Source of the DNA: Holothuria leucospilota
Lineage: Eukaryota
DNA: 64,000 bases
Reading direction: 5' to 3'
Assembly: GCA_029531755.1 (NCBI GenBank)
Contig: CM055964.1
Span: 36,098,802 to 36,162,801 of the forward strand
Shown here: piece after piece, positions 24,656 through 36,943 of the stretch
How the letters are laid out: each line of letters opens with the position of its first letter
Position numbering within the stretch: position 1 is the first letter of the stretch
Position numbers and translations under genes: made by a program
The notes under the pieces: generated by a model
Seen by the model: only the letters and a program-made list of their open reading frames with translations
Told to the model about the DNA's origin: nothing
Database searches by the model: none

Positions 24656-27139
24656 CTGGCTCCTCAAATCTTCCACAGACCACATTAATTCATGTCACCG
24701 GCCACATATGGCCCACAGGCCACCACTTGAGAACCTAGGATCTAATTGGTAACTTCATAATGACCTTTAAACCTGAAGGGTATACATTTAAAAAGGCCAA
24801 AGTAGTCCCTGGGCAGATGAAGACAAATCAAGGAAAATACAATGCTTTTGCTATTGTGTTTTTTTTTTTTTAAGAAACAAATCTAGGTAACAATGAGCAC
24901 TTGACTCAGTGATTTAGCCTGGTCAGTTCTCCAATGTGACATTCTGAATGCATGGCCTGGAGGAGAGGTCCAACAGGATGGGATGTCCCCCTTCCCTTTG
25001 GTATAATCTTTCAACTTGAGAGGTGCCTAGAAGGCAAATGGTGCTATATTTGGTCCAAATTTACCTTGGAAGGACAGGGGATATTCCCCCAACATTTGAC
25101 TAGGGGGGATGGCCCATGTAATCAACCCCCCCCCCATGTTACAAGTCTACAGATATTTGTATGCTGGAAAGTACATTTTATTCATTTTCTTCAATCTCTG
25201 CTTCATTTTCTATCACAAATGTTTCTCAAACTATCGGAATTTTAGCAAATCCTTCGCAAAATATAAAATTTTCGCGCCCGGAGCGCACTTCAAACCTTAC
25301 GTCAGTGTTATTGTTATCAATATCTTCCGATAGCAACTTTTGGAGAAGCACAGCAGCAAAAAGTTGAAAGTTTACGAATTAACAGGTAAAAGACTGGCTT
25401 GGCAGTGGCATGTAGGTTTGTTGGGCAATTGAAAGTGCCTCGATGCAGAGCCTGAATACAGGTTTGTCATGGAAATCGCGCATTTGTCACGGTGTGCACT
25501 CCATGTTATGACCATTATTAAGGTAATAATACATGAAACTATTCTGATCTCTGAACTATATCTGATCTCCAAACATCTGTGGGGACCTCACATCAATATG
25601 GGATCTTTCAATCTAATATGTAGCATGATATGGAAGGTTGAAAGTACATATCTGCCATTATACATTTTTCAAATGTTTTTACTGAGCACTTCGCGCGCAG
25701 CCATTATCAATACACATGGTGATTGTAAAAACACTTACGACAAAAACAGCATTCTGAAATGCACTTATTAGTCTTAACCCCTTTTGCCACGCTTATCAGG
25801 GAGGTCTAATATCACCTCCTTGCACCTATACTCTCCCTCACTCTCATTCCCCATTGCTGGCAGCTGTCCGTCTGGATTTTCATTCAAAATTAGTAAAAAT
25901 GCGAGTTGTAAAGTGTTCGGCCCCATACTCTACATTATCATTTGGGTTAGAGTTAGGTTAGATGAAGTTTTATGCCTCAGTTTCTAACCAATTATCATTT
26001 GGATGTCAGGTACTACAAATTATGTCATTGCCCCCATTTAATATGATTAATGCAGAGCTTACAGGAGGTCTTATGCAGGTATCTGCTAGCCTTAAATGCC
26101 CTTTCATAATGCACAATGAAGGAAAGGAAATATTTTGTAATAGTCCAAGAATGTTTCTGTGGACTCGTGTATTTTTGTCTTAAAACTTTCCCCAAATGGA
26201 AAGCAGTAAAACAGACAAAGGGGAGGAGGTTTCAGGTTTGTTAACATAGTATCTTTCTCTTAATTGACAACTTATTCTCCTCTTTTACCTTAACAAAAAT
26301 TAGCATTCACTAAATTATGGACATTTTCCAGCCATATATGATCAGTTCCAAAACATCCCAAAGATAACACCATTTTGCATCTAAAAGACCTTAAATTAAC
26401 AAACATTTCTTAAAGGGGAGGGGACCCCTTCCCCAGGACGGCACCTTTATGTAGTGACAAACGAAAGATCAAAACTGCTGTATACAAATGCTGGGACGCA
26501 TCAAAAATAAAGGTGCAATTTATGCAGACTTGGGGGAACTGGGGTATTATTACATCATCATCTACTGCGCCCACCAATCACAAAAAAACCTGGTGGTGCC
26601 ACTGATCTCAAACCAACTTGCAGGTCTTGTAATGACCTCCGAATTCAAAATCCAGTTGTCTTGGATGACCCTGTAAGTTGATCCCTGCCTTTTTAAGCTC
26701 AACAGGTCATTGTTGCTCTTGTACAATTTCAATCCAGTGTAGCTTATCAATGAGTTTTGTGCTAAAAATAGCATTTCGTAAATGTATAAATATACCAAAT
26801 ACCCAAGAACATTACCTCTGAAATTTACCTCTTAAAACAGTCTTCCTGGCACTTCTGAGACATTAAAACCCAGGAACTTCCGGGGGCTTAGCCCCCTGCA
26901 CCCCCACCGGGACTCTGACCCTGGACCCCGCCAGGGGTCCTTACGCGGGCCCCTGGACACCACCTGTTATGGGCTTTGCGCTGTGCGCTTACCGTGCACG
27001 GTTTGCATGCACATGTTGTAGGTTTGCTATAATTCACCCCATCCCCCCCCCCAAGTTGAAAAGAAATCTATGCCCCTGCATAGGACAACTGTAAAACTCG
27101 AACACTGCTCTTGTTAATTGTGAATCTACTGTACCAGGA

Positions 27140-28100
27140 CTACAGGTACTGTACTTTCTTTAGCACTGGGCGTCCGGACTCTTGTCTTACTTGGTCAGTG
27201 ATTAGGTCCTTTGGGGTTTTACTCACCAACAGCACTTTACGTTGAAGTTTGTTCAGAAAATGTTCTTTGAGAAAGTGAGGGGCGCCACACATTATGGACA
27301 GGAATGTGAAAATTTGTACACACTGCACAAGGGCTCTGTTGGTCTTCATCTTGATAAGTACCCCCACAAATCGCCCACAAAGCTGTTGACGTGTGGTCCT
27401 TCTTTGCCCGGATTACATGTATTTGTCCAGAAGCTGCTCGAAGGAGAGCACACTAGGGGCAGATGGTGTGTGGACAGAGTGAGAACCTATAATATCAGTC
27501 TTTGTTAGCTGAAGGAATGACATAATACAAGGCATGGGTGGATGTATGTCTGTGAAAGTTTTGCTGCTAATTAATAGATTAGAGACATTACTGGGTATGC
27601 ATCCATGGCTTTCCTTAAAAAGAGTGATAAGTCGAGTTTTTGTTCCGCGCAAATCTAAATCATACCAGTTAAGATCCTTCGTCATGTTTTAAAGACTGCT
27701 GGTACGGCGATTATCATTCTTAACAAGTCTAGCTGCACTGCGTTGCACTTTTTCAATGGAATCAATATGGGTAATGCGATAAGGATCCCAAATAGAACTG
27801 GCATACTCTAACTTTGGTCTGAAAAGAGATTTATATACCATTTCCTTCGATATGGATGGAGAACAATCCCACAAATTCCTCTTCAATAGCCCAAGAATTA
27901 ATACCACTGACAGTTCGAGATACATGTTTAGAACAAGAGAGGTCATTTGACAATTCAATGCCAAGGTAGGGGTGGTGCTTAGCTTCATGAAGAGCAGAAT
28001 CACCCATAAAACAATTGAAGCAAATTGGTCTCTTCTTGTGAGTCATCCACACACAATGAAACATGGAGGTGTGCAATGAAAACACATATTTCACTGTTCA
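27140..28100 (-). mobile_element. 5'-truncated, frame-shifted fragment of a second CR1/L2-like LINE family (C-terminal RT region and tail)
   Basis: Minus-strand ORFs give ...LFRPKLEYASSIWDPYRITHIDSIEKVQRSAARLV.... These parallel LVRPHLDYAAKAWSPLHEKDKFLLEQVQRRATRLI of the full-length LINE at 33400, but in three different frames. Confidence 0.55.
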
Positions 28101-28414
28101 AGGGCTAGTGCAAGACAGATATTATGTACTATGATCAGGGTCTGCATTAAGGATTTTGTTTTGTATAGCAAAACTGCTATGCATTTTTTATGTTGTACAG
28201 CAATTAACAGTTATTTTTTCAATTTTTGTATCACTACTGTGCTCATTTGCATCGCAAAACTGTGATGTGATACGGCTATTGCGGAACCTGATCATGATGC
28301 ACAATTTTGGGGTTAAAAATTATGGTTCTCTAGACATTAATCATGGGTCAAAATGACTTTCCTTTTGGAAAAACTTTTCTGTGAAGATAATTTCTTTAAC
28401 TTTGACCAATATGG

Positions 28415-28508
28415 GGTTCGTTAGTTTACGGACCCATTACTTTCCTCCCCTAAGAAAGTTAGTTTCCTCCTACCCTATACTTCAGGGGAGGAAACTAGCA
28501 TTTTTAGG
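28415..28508 (+). repeat. Left copy of an inverted repeat pair of about 95 bp; internally palindromic (gtttcctcccc...ggggaggaaac)
   Basis: It is the reverse complement of 34493-34587, for example ttagtttacggacccattact versus agtaatgggtccggaaactaa. The 10-mer GACCAATATG lies just outside at 28403-28412. Confidence 0.6.
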
Positions 28509-29187
28509 CTGTTTATTAAGGAACATAGACTAGATAAAATGAGTGATTGTATTGAGTAGTTCAGTACAGTTTTATTGACTTTGTGTAATGAATAGGCACA
28601 GGCCTAGCTAATTTTGTAAATTTTGCTAGTTTTCTCACTGATTATTTTTCATCTTTGTGTATTTCTTCATCTGGTTTAGTTTGAAAGCTTTCTTTCTTAC
28701 TTGTCAGTTTTTGTTGTCTGTTGCTTTGTTTAGGTGACTTTTCCTCCGTGTTTCTTTTTCCGGCGTCTCTTGTCAGGTATTTTTTGTCGTTGTTACTATC
28801 CTATCACATTGTCTGTGTCAGTGTTTGTGTGAGCCTAACCATACCTGTTCATTTGTGTTTTGTCGTAGGCCTATGTGTAAAGCCTAACAGTTAGATTTAG
28901 GCTTTTACTCTGCAAGCCTAAGTTAGGGGCCTAAGTTAGCATCTAAGTTTACATTCTAACATTAACATTAGGCCATTAGCCCAACGTTAGGCTAGCTATC
29001 CCCTAGTTAACTTACTAGAGCCTGTCTAGGCTAGTTTTCTTTATATTAGACCTAGGCCTAGCCAATACTTGAGGCTTTAGCTTATAGGGGTTAGCTACTG
29101 TAGCTCTTACTTTCCTTTTATAGCTAAGTTTTTAGATATATTGTATTGTTACCTGTTCTCTTACCGTACCTTTTTGTTGATTACCTA

Positions 29188-29361
29188 TGGCTGAAGACCA
29201 ACTTATTTGTTGTGATGATTGTGGTATGTGGGCTGAGTTTGTTAATTTGGGCCTAAATTGTACATTTGAAGAAGCATCTAGAGATACCTTTGTTCTTGTT
29301 TGTCAGAAGTGTAACCGCCTTAAAGTGGGTATGACACGGCCAAAGTACGTTTCTCAGTAAA
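29188..29361 (+). CDS. 57-aa Cys-rich ORF (MAEDQLICCDDCGMWAEFVNLGLNCTFEEASRDTFVLVCQKCNRLKVG...), possibly a PHD-like zinc-finger N-terminal piece of LINE ORF1
   Basis: CxxC-x12-C-x13-CxxC spacing. Esterase and PHD domains have been described in ORF1 of CR1-like elements. The ORF is separated from the esterase ORF by about 850 bp of CpG-rich sequence. Confidence 0.3.
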
Positions 29362-30229
29362 TATTCTTTGGGTACAGCTTGAAATGAAGCGAATGTTTTC
29401 CCGACTCAACTACGTCCATAAACACAGTTATACGACCTTGTGAATTCCCAATTACAGGCCAGACTCAGCCATCTGAAATCCAAAAGCGAAAAAAAGTATG
29501 TGAGCGCGTCTCAAGATCATGACGTCATTGGAGGCACGGTTAGTAACACTGTACCAGGCAGCTCACCCATCGTTCTACACATCCAATCATGTGCATGCTA
29601 ACGCGTGTTAGATACAATACAGCAGCGCGCGTGACCAGTGACCACATTGTGAACTATGCGTCGTTGCGCGGTGACTGCTTACCATTCACAATAGCAACGT
29701 TACTGAACAGTTCACTGAGTAAAGGCGCGCTTGTTATGGACTGTCCATACATGTTCATAGCTGTTCTGTACAGCGCGCCCGGACCGCATTCTTTTGGCAC
29801 AAAAACAAAGCTGTTTATTATATGCAGGGAAGCTAAAGCACGGGCGCATATGCACGCGAACATATTGGCCAATGATATGCTTCGAAGCCCCCAACATGTT
29901 CCGCGCTTTGCGCTCTGTATGTTGGGCGGGTATTGTGATGTAATCCTTTTCATGAAGTTTCTAAGGTATGAAACATTCCCAAAGCGTTGTATTAGTTTCA
30001 CATCTAGATACGCGTCCTTACATAGCACAGTGCGGGGTGCCGCCAATTGCGTCATAAAAGTCAGGTGACCTGTTGCGGCATTTTTCGAAATTGGATTTCT
30101 GGACGTTTTTCTTCAAATTCTATTTATGCCGAACTGCGCCGGTTTTAATTGTGTTTGAGATGATACTTTAACAATACTGTACCCAATCTTGCAATGCACA
30201 AAAGTTATTTTGGCCATGTCATGCCCACT

Positions 30230-30968
30230 TTAAGGAACTTGAAGGACTTCTGGCTGCTGCTGATAGCTCAAACGGGTGGGTTTCAGTACAGAAAGGTAGA
30301 AAGCCTGTTGAAATTGCAGAGGGGTGTCCAGCTGTTGAGATGTCAAATTCTTTTGCGGGATTATCAGTGGAGGATATTGTTCAGGAGGTTGTAGAGGAAT
30401 CAAAGGAAGGGGACCTTGGTATTTCTGGTGGTCTGTGGGAGGGTGAAAAGGCTAAGGGTAAGGTTCTGTTTGTCGGGGACTCCACTACTCGGTATACTCA
30501 TAGGGAATTTTGTAAGAAGGACTGAAGGACTGAAGGAATAGGGTAAGGATTTGTCTCCCAGGTGCTAGAATTGAGGACATCTCGGCCAGAGTTAGCAAAA
30601 TTGTTCGGGACGATGAAGTTGTAGCTGTGCAAGTGGGCACTAATAATCTCAGTCGGGACAATCAAATTTCACTTAGGTCAAAGTATAAGGAACTGATTTG
30701 TAGGCTGAAGTCGACACGTACGAAAGGGGTTGTTTGTGGTATTCTCCCCCGGTTTGACAGGAAGGTCTCTTGGGGCAAAATTTTGGGATTTAATAAGTGG
30801 TTGAAAAATGAGTGTGCGCTTGAGGGTTTTCTCTTTGTTGATACCTGGGCTGGTTTTGTAAATAGGAGGGATCTTTTTGCTAAAGATGGGTTGCACTTGT
30901 CGAGCATAGGGGCTAACGAGTTGGGTAGGCTGGTTTCTAGGGCTGTTGATTCTCAGGTGTCAAACTAG
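30230..30968 (+). CDS. LINE ORF1 with an SGNH/GDSL-type esterase domain, interrupted by one frameshift between about 30525 and 30627
   Basis: Frame 1 gives ...KELEGLLAAADSSNGWVSVQKGRKPV...KVLFVGDSTTRYTHREF. Frame 2 gives ...ARIEDISARVSKIVRDDEVVAVQVGTNNLSRDN...DGLHLSSIGANELGRLVSRAVDSQVSN*. Confidence 0.7.
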
Positions 30969-30976
30969 AGTCAGGG

Positions 30977-33852
30977 GTGAGGTCAGCCAAGAATGGGGGG
31001 GTTTCTGAGTTTTATTGTGCTCAGAGTGATTGCGTTAGTAACAAGGGGAAGCATGTAAATAGGGCTGTTTGTGGAATGAAGGTCATGTTTGCCAATGTTC
31101 GCAGCCTTTTCAATAAGTTCAAAGAGTTCCTTGCTCATATTTCCATAGACAATCCAGACATAGTTGGGGTTACCGAAACTTGGCTCCATAGCGATATCAG
31201 CAACTCTGAAATTCAGGTTCCTGGGTACAAAATTTTCAGGCAAGATAGGGCTGATACTGCCTGTGGTAGAGGTGGAGGGGTTTTACTGTATGTTAAGGAT
31301 AGCATAAATTGTGTTGATGTCACCAACAAGTTTTCTTCTGGATTTTCTAACTGCTTGTGGTGTGAAATTAGTTTTGTCAATGAGTCTTGCACTCCTTTAG
31401 TTGTTGGTATTATTTATCGTTCACCAAATTCTTGTGCTGATAATAAGTTCAGAGTTTGTTTGAAAGTTTTCGGAAAGTCTCTTCAAAAAGGGCAGTTGTG
31501 TTTGGGGATTTCAACTTTCCTGATATTGATTGGCATTCATGTACTAGTGGGTCACATGGGAGGGATTTTCTTGAGGCAGTGTCTGATGGTTTCTTTACCC
31601 AGCATGTTCTGTTTCCCACTCGTGAGGATAATTGTCTAGATCTGGTGCTAAGTACTGATGAAAACATGGTTAGAAATGTAGCTAGTGGTGGTAAGATAGG
31701 ATCTAGTGACCATGACCTCATTAGCTTTGAGTTACTTTGTTTCAACAAGCTTCAAGGTAGTGACAAAACTGTTTTAGATTTCAGCAAGGCTAACTTTACT
31801 CATGCTAAAGAGCTTCTTACCATAGATTGGGTTGCACGTTTGTCTCACTTAGGCCCTGCTGAAGCATGGAGTGTTTTTCGTAATATAGTTACTGACACTA
31901 CAAAGTTGTGTATCCCACTCAAGAAAGCTGTGGTTAAAAATAGGCCAATCTGGATGTCTAGAGAGGTACTTAGAGCAGCCAGGAAGAAATGTAAGTGTTG
32001 GCGTCGTTATAGGGTCAGTAAGAATTCTGATGACTTTGCAGTCTACAAGAAGCAGGAACTCTTAGTTAAAAATTTGGTTATTGACACTAAAGCTAAGTTT
32101 GAAAAGCAGTTGGCCAAGGAGGTTAAGGTAAATCCAAAATCTTTTCATGCCTATGTCAGGTCTAAGCAGAAGGTTAAGGAGGGTGTTGGGCCTCTCCAGG
32201 GTAATCAAGGCACACTAGTTAGTGATCATCAGGATATGGCTAATTTGTTAAATGATTATTTCGTATCTGTTTTTACCAAGGAATCATCTATTTTGGGGAC
32301 TTGTAGGGATTCTGATAATTCTTCTTTAGTTAGTGATGTTGTCTTCTCTGAAGAGTTGGTTTGTAATAAGTTGAAGAGTTTAAAAGCTAGTAAGGCTCCT
32401 AGGCCTGATGGGATCCATCCTGCCATTCTCCATGAATGCTCCAAGATTTTGTCAGTTCCTCTTTGCATTATTTTTCAGAAGTTTCTGGATTCAAACTTTG
32501 TACCTGCTGACTGGCGGATTGCTAATGTTACTCCAATATTTAAAAAGGGGGATCGGAGCTTGCCTTGCAATTATAGGCCGGTCAGTTTAACCAGTGTTGT
32601 GTGCAAAGTTATGGAATCTGTAATCAAGGATTGTTTGCTTAAATATCTTTTAGATAATGGGCTACTCAATCTGTCACAGCATGGTTTTTTACCGAGTAGA
32701 TCTTGTGTTACTAATTTACTAAGCTTTCTTGAGGATGTTTCCTTATCTCTTGATTCTGGTCACAGTGTTGATGTCATTTACCTTGATTTTCAAAAAGCCT
32801 TTGATAAAGTTCCATTAGGTAGACTTATGGTTAAACTGCATAGGTTAGGCATCAAGGGCAGTTGTGCTGACTGGATAAATTCATGGCTCAATGGTAGATC
32901 CCAGAGAGTTGTTGTTAATGGTAATTTCTCTTCTTGGAAAGAAGTTACTAGTGGAGTTCCACAGGGTTCTGTTCTTGGCCCGCTTCTTTTCTTAATTTTC
33001 ATCAATGATATTGATAGCTCTCTCACATCTAGTATTAGTAAGTTTGCTGATGATACTAAGCTCTATAGGAAGGTTAGTGATAAGGATGATGCCTCATTAC
33101 TGCAAAAAGACTTGGATAGGTTATTTTCATGGTCTCAGACTTGGCAAATGTCTTTTAATGCAGATAAATGCAAAGTCCTTCACTTTGGTCCTAAAAATTT
33201 CAGCTATGTTTACAACATGAATGGTAGTATTCTGAGTGATGTGTCTTTTGAGAAGGATCTGGGTGTAGTTATTACAGGTGATTTAAAGCTATCTAGACAG
33301 TGTGCAGCTGCTGCTGCTAGGGCTAATAGGGTGCTTGGATTGATCAAGAGGAATTTCAGTAGTTTTAGTAAAGAAATTGTACTAAATCTGTATAAGCAGT
33401 TGGTAAGACCCCACCTCGACTATGCAGCCAAGGCCTGGAGTCCCCTCCATGAAAAGGACAAGTTTCTTTTAGAGCAAGTTCAGAGGAGAGCCACTCGCCT
33501 TATACCCGAGGTGAGACACCTACCTTATCATGTCAGACTTAAGCATCTTGGGCTTACCACCCTGGAGTTGAGAAGGATTCGGGGGAACATGCTTCAGGTG
33601 TACAAATTTCTCTCTGAAAGGAATACTTTGTCATCTTGCAATTATTTAAAGGTTCAATGTGATTCTCGGGTTCGAGGCCATTGTAAGAAGCTAGTTAAGT
33701 GTTTTGCAAGGCTCGACATTAGGAAGTTCAGCTTTTCTCATAGAGTTGTTGACGAGTGGAATAGTCTGCCTGAGTGGGTAGTTAACTCTACATCTGTACA
33801 CTGCTTTAAGGTTAACATTGACAAGTTCTTCCATAACTGTGGTAGGATCTAA
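30977..33852 (+). CDS. LINE ORF2 (APE-type endonuclease plus reverse transcriptase) with one apparent frameshift at about 31440-31460 between the 220-aa and 798-aa track ORFs
   Basis: The 30977 frame ends in ...VVGIIYRSPNSCADNKF then becomes nonsense. The 31456 frame continues ...RAVVFGDFNFPDIDW.. through the RT and C-terminal tail to the stop at 33852. Confidence 0.85.
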
Positions 33853-34082
33853 TTTGTGCTGGGCTCGTTTGGTGTTGGTTGGTTGTTTGTTTTCAGTTAA
33901 GCTTGTATGGACTTCAGGGCATCTTATGGGGCCTTAGCCCTCCTTTGCCCTTTAACCTGTTATGTTATGTTATGTTATGAGTGTCATTTCAAAAATTGAA
34001 AAATAACATCTATCTAGGCCTAACCTGTAATCTATACTCTATAAACTAAACTTACTTGCATCTTTACAACATACACATTTCC

Positions 34083-34477
34083 CAGTATGGAAAGTATGGC
34101 AATTGCACACTTGAAAATTCACATTGCACACCTGATTTTTTAAGCCGACGGCGATTGCCTTGTATAACCCTAGGTATATGTTATATTGACTTGGCCCATT
34201 GGCCGCCTACGTACTAGGCCTATGACTCGAGACAGTGACCATTAATTTTCAATTTTCAGTCAGTTAATTGTGACATGGCACATGTAGCATGTTAAGGAGT
34301 CCTTCAAGGGTTTTGTTTTAATTTCTCCCAAGTATTTATGTCACTCTTGACTTTTCCATGTGCACACTTGAAGTGTGCATTTGACACCTTGTTGCACACT
34401 GCACATTTCAATGTTTTCTCGTGCACACCCGAGATCTCGGCGAAAAATGCCATACTTTCCAATCTGGCACATTTCAG
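34083..34477. mobile_element. MITE-like element of about 395 bp with inverted termini (ccagtatggaaagtatggcaattgcacac ... gaaaaatgccatactttccaatctgg)
   Basis: The reverse complement of 34441-34475 matches 34087-34112. The interior carries degenerate gcacac(t)tgaa repeats. Confidence 0.4.
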
Positions 34478-34492
34478 TGTTTCTTTCCTGCT

Positions 34493-34587
34493 CTAAAAAC
34501 ATTAGTTTCCTCCCCAGAAGTATAAGGGGAGGAAACTAACCATTTTTAGGGGAGGAAACTAGTAATGGGTCCGGAAACTAACGGTAT
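34493..34587 (-). repeat. Right copy of the roughly 95-bp inverted repeat pair (partner 28415-28508)
   Basis: Reverse complement of the left copy. GACCAATATG recurs directly outside at 34590-34599. Confidence 0.6.
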
Positions 34588-36515
34588 TCGACCAATATGA
34601 TGGTAGGCCTAAGTTAGGACTAACTTTAACGTTACATTGTGAGAGACAAGAAAACAGTTGCTACAAGCCTTTCTATTATGAAAGTATATTCTTGGACTTC
34701 ATCTGTGGTACTATATGACAGGAATCTAGGATACACCAAAATCCAATCTTCCAACGGCCAGGCTAGGCCTAACAGCACGGTCTGCAGACACACAGCTGTA
34801 ACTGTATAGGCCTAGCCTAAATGTATCATAGTAACAGGACTCCACTGGCTTATTGTCACTGCTCTAACCTTTGCATTGTTATATGCTGGTGTTACTGTTT
34901 GTGTTAGTGACATTAATTCCTACCTTAGCTTAGCCTAACGTTAGGCAGCGCCCCATCACTAACAGAAACCCTGTACACTGAAATGCGTAGCCTAAGCTGG
35001 TAACTAACATTGTTGCTGTTGCTACAATGTTACACAGTGGCCAACACTGAATTGGGTAAACAGACCTTCAATGAAACAGACCTCAATCGATCATACCTTG
35101 TTCTGGCCAAATTCAGCTGGAATAGAGCTATCATAAATATCACCGAACTTATCAGCATCGCCCTCTTCGATTGATATAGCAAGGGAAATGGCCAGACGTT
35201 CACTTTCTATGTTTAAGTGTTTACTGTCACCTGCAGTAGGCCTACTTGCCATGATCAGTCCCACAGTACAAGCAATGGCATATTCACACACTAGTACAGG
35301 GTTAGTGTAGTACACACAAACGTTATTACTATACTCACACTGCACATTATGTTTGTGTAGTAGGTTAGGTCAGCTAGGCGTGCTGTAGAGGTCAGTGAGT
35401 ATTTTGCTGTACATAGGCATTCATACAGTCATAGGTCGTAGTATGTTACGGTGGCCCACTGGGGACCTACTGTATATATAATTTATCCATAGACATGATG
35501 CATTGACGTAACGAAACGTCATTTTGGAGGCACAACGGTCACGGTGAAGTACACTGCAGGCCCACGGTCTTGCATTGAAGGATGAAAAATTTATTACGAG
35601 ACCAGCATTTTTGGAACACAAATATAAGAAGAAAAAATGGAAAATCTCGCACCATTTTGCATCTCGAGTCCTTGAAATGGGGTCGGTCGGAGACACGTCC
35701 AGGCGCGGTTTTACGGAAGGGGGGGGGGCTTTGGGGACTCAAGCCCCCCCAAAATTCGCTCAAGCCCCCCCCAAAAAATTCCGAGGTTGTATGTTATCTT
35801 CATGCTATATTTGCGTGTATTGAGAAAAACAAAATTGTCCAATACATTTGTGCACATCTTAGTCCAGTGGATTTAGTTTCTCAAATGTGTCATGCAAGAT
35901 AGGCATGTGATCACGTTTCTTGTATCCACGTCCACGTACGTACACCTTTGTTTTGACTGCATGTAGTGCGACAGCCACGCTTCGCCTTAGTACTGTATGA
36001 CGACGGTAGGCACAGTGCGGGCGCCTACTAGCTTACCCAGCTGCATTCTTACGTTTTTTGGTCTTACAACATAATGACACTCCTAAACGCTACATCTACG
36101 AAACCTTCCCAACAACCGCTAGTATCCCTCCTCTCATGAACAAGAGAGAGTAGGTAAATACGTTTCGCTATTCAGGGTCTGGAATTAATCTCTTCTTTTA
36201 TTGTGTTGCCCTAATGATGGGAATAAAAAGCCAATCTTAGGTTAAAGTCCACAGTCAAGAGTTGACCAGAAATCACAATAGACGAATCGGTGTTTGTTTT
36301 ATTTTAATGTTACTATATAAAATCACCACCAGGTCAAATAAAACAATGTCAGTCGGTTCAATTTTTTGGACCGATGACCGGTATGCTGTCGCAAATAAAA
36401 AGCAAACATTCGACTTCAGTCATCTGCTCTGACAGAGTATTTTTGCCAGTCACGCCACAGTTATATAGGAAACACAACATACAGCCTTTTAACCCCCTCC
36501 CCTAGTCGAAATAGC

Positions 36516-36725
36516 GGTGGCGCCAGGTGGGGGAAGGGTTCATGCCCCCCGTCGGGAAGGCTGGCCCCCTATCGGGGAAGTTTTACAGTTTCATCGGGGA
36601 GTCTTAGTCGAAAGTATGCAGTCCCGGACGACAACTAGTCGCCCTGACGGTTTACCTGTTTTTTACTCTCAATCGGATAATGTCTCTACTAAGAACCCCA
36701 AATTTTCAGCGCGCTACGCGCGCTG
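36516..36725 (+). mobile_element. Partial (5' half) copy of the CAGGGGTGGCGCCAGGTGGGG hAT-like MITE family
   Basis: It starts gcggtggcgccaggtgggggaagg...ccccgtcgggaagg...gtcgccctgacggtttac and ends at the GCGCGC motif at 36707-36725. Confidence 0.45.
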
Positions 36726-36781
36726 TAGAGTCACTCTTTTTTTCTTCAATAAGTCCATTCCACATAGCAGGATAGCACAAG

Positions 36782-36898
36782 CAGGGAGCTGTTATCGGAT
36801 GACAGCTCCCTGGCACAAGTCCTGTTCACCTTACCAAGTAACATATAGGCAGAGTACATAGTTTATGCAGGGAGCTGTTATCCGAATACAGCTCCCTG
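36782..36898. repeat. Two direct copies of a perfect 31-bp hairpin (cagggagctgt-N9-acagctccctg) at 36782-36812 and 36868-36898
   Basis: Direct reading: an 11-bp perfect stem with a 9-nt loop (tatcggatg or tatccgaat). Confidence 0.6.
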
Positions 36899-36943
36899 GT
36901 TTATGTAAAGGTAGTAACTTTCATCCAATATCGCAAAGCCTAG

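Larger units (their letters stand above)
29188..33980 (+). mobile_element. CR1/L2-clade (Jockey superfamily) non-LTR retrotransposon, near full length. The 5' boundary is uncertain (somewhere in 28510-29190). The 3' end is a (TGTTATG)n tail at 33957-33980
   Basis: ORF1 carries an SGNH/GDSL esterase motif (LFVGDSTTRY ... VQVGTNNL ... DGLHLS). ORF2 has an APE endonuclease (VMFANVRSL...GDFNFPDIDW...SDHDLI) and RT motifs (IYLDFQKAFDKVPLGRL, FADDTKLY). The CR1-type C-terminal tail is RKFSFSHRVVDEWNSLPEWVV...FKVNIDKF. Confidence 0.85.

Noticed and set aside
26880-27000. GC- and CpG-rich patch resembling a small CpG island
   Set aside because: It is only about 120 bp, it directly abuts the 3' end of the old LINE fragment, and no adjacent first exon is identifiable. 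It is more likely part of a repeat than a promoter
29589-30068. 159-aa plus-strand and 133-aa minus-strand ORFs overlapping in a CpG-rich block
   Set aside because: The mutual overlap on both strands and the position inside the LINE, between the Cys-rich ORF and the esterase ORF1, suggest untranslated or decayed LINE 5' sequence rather than an independent gene. No domain is recognisable
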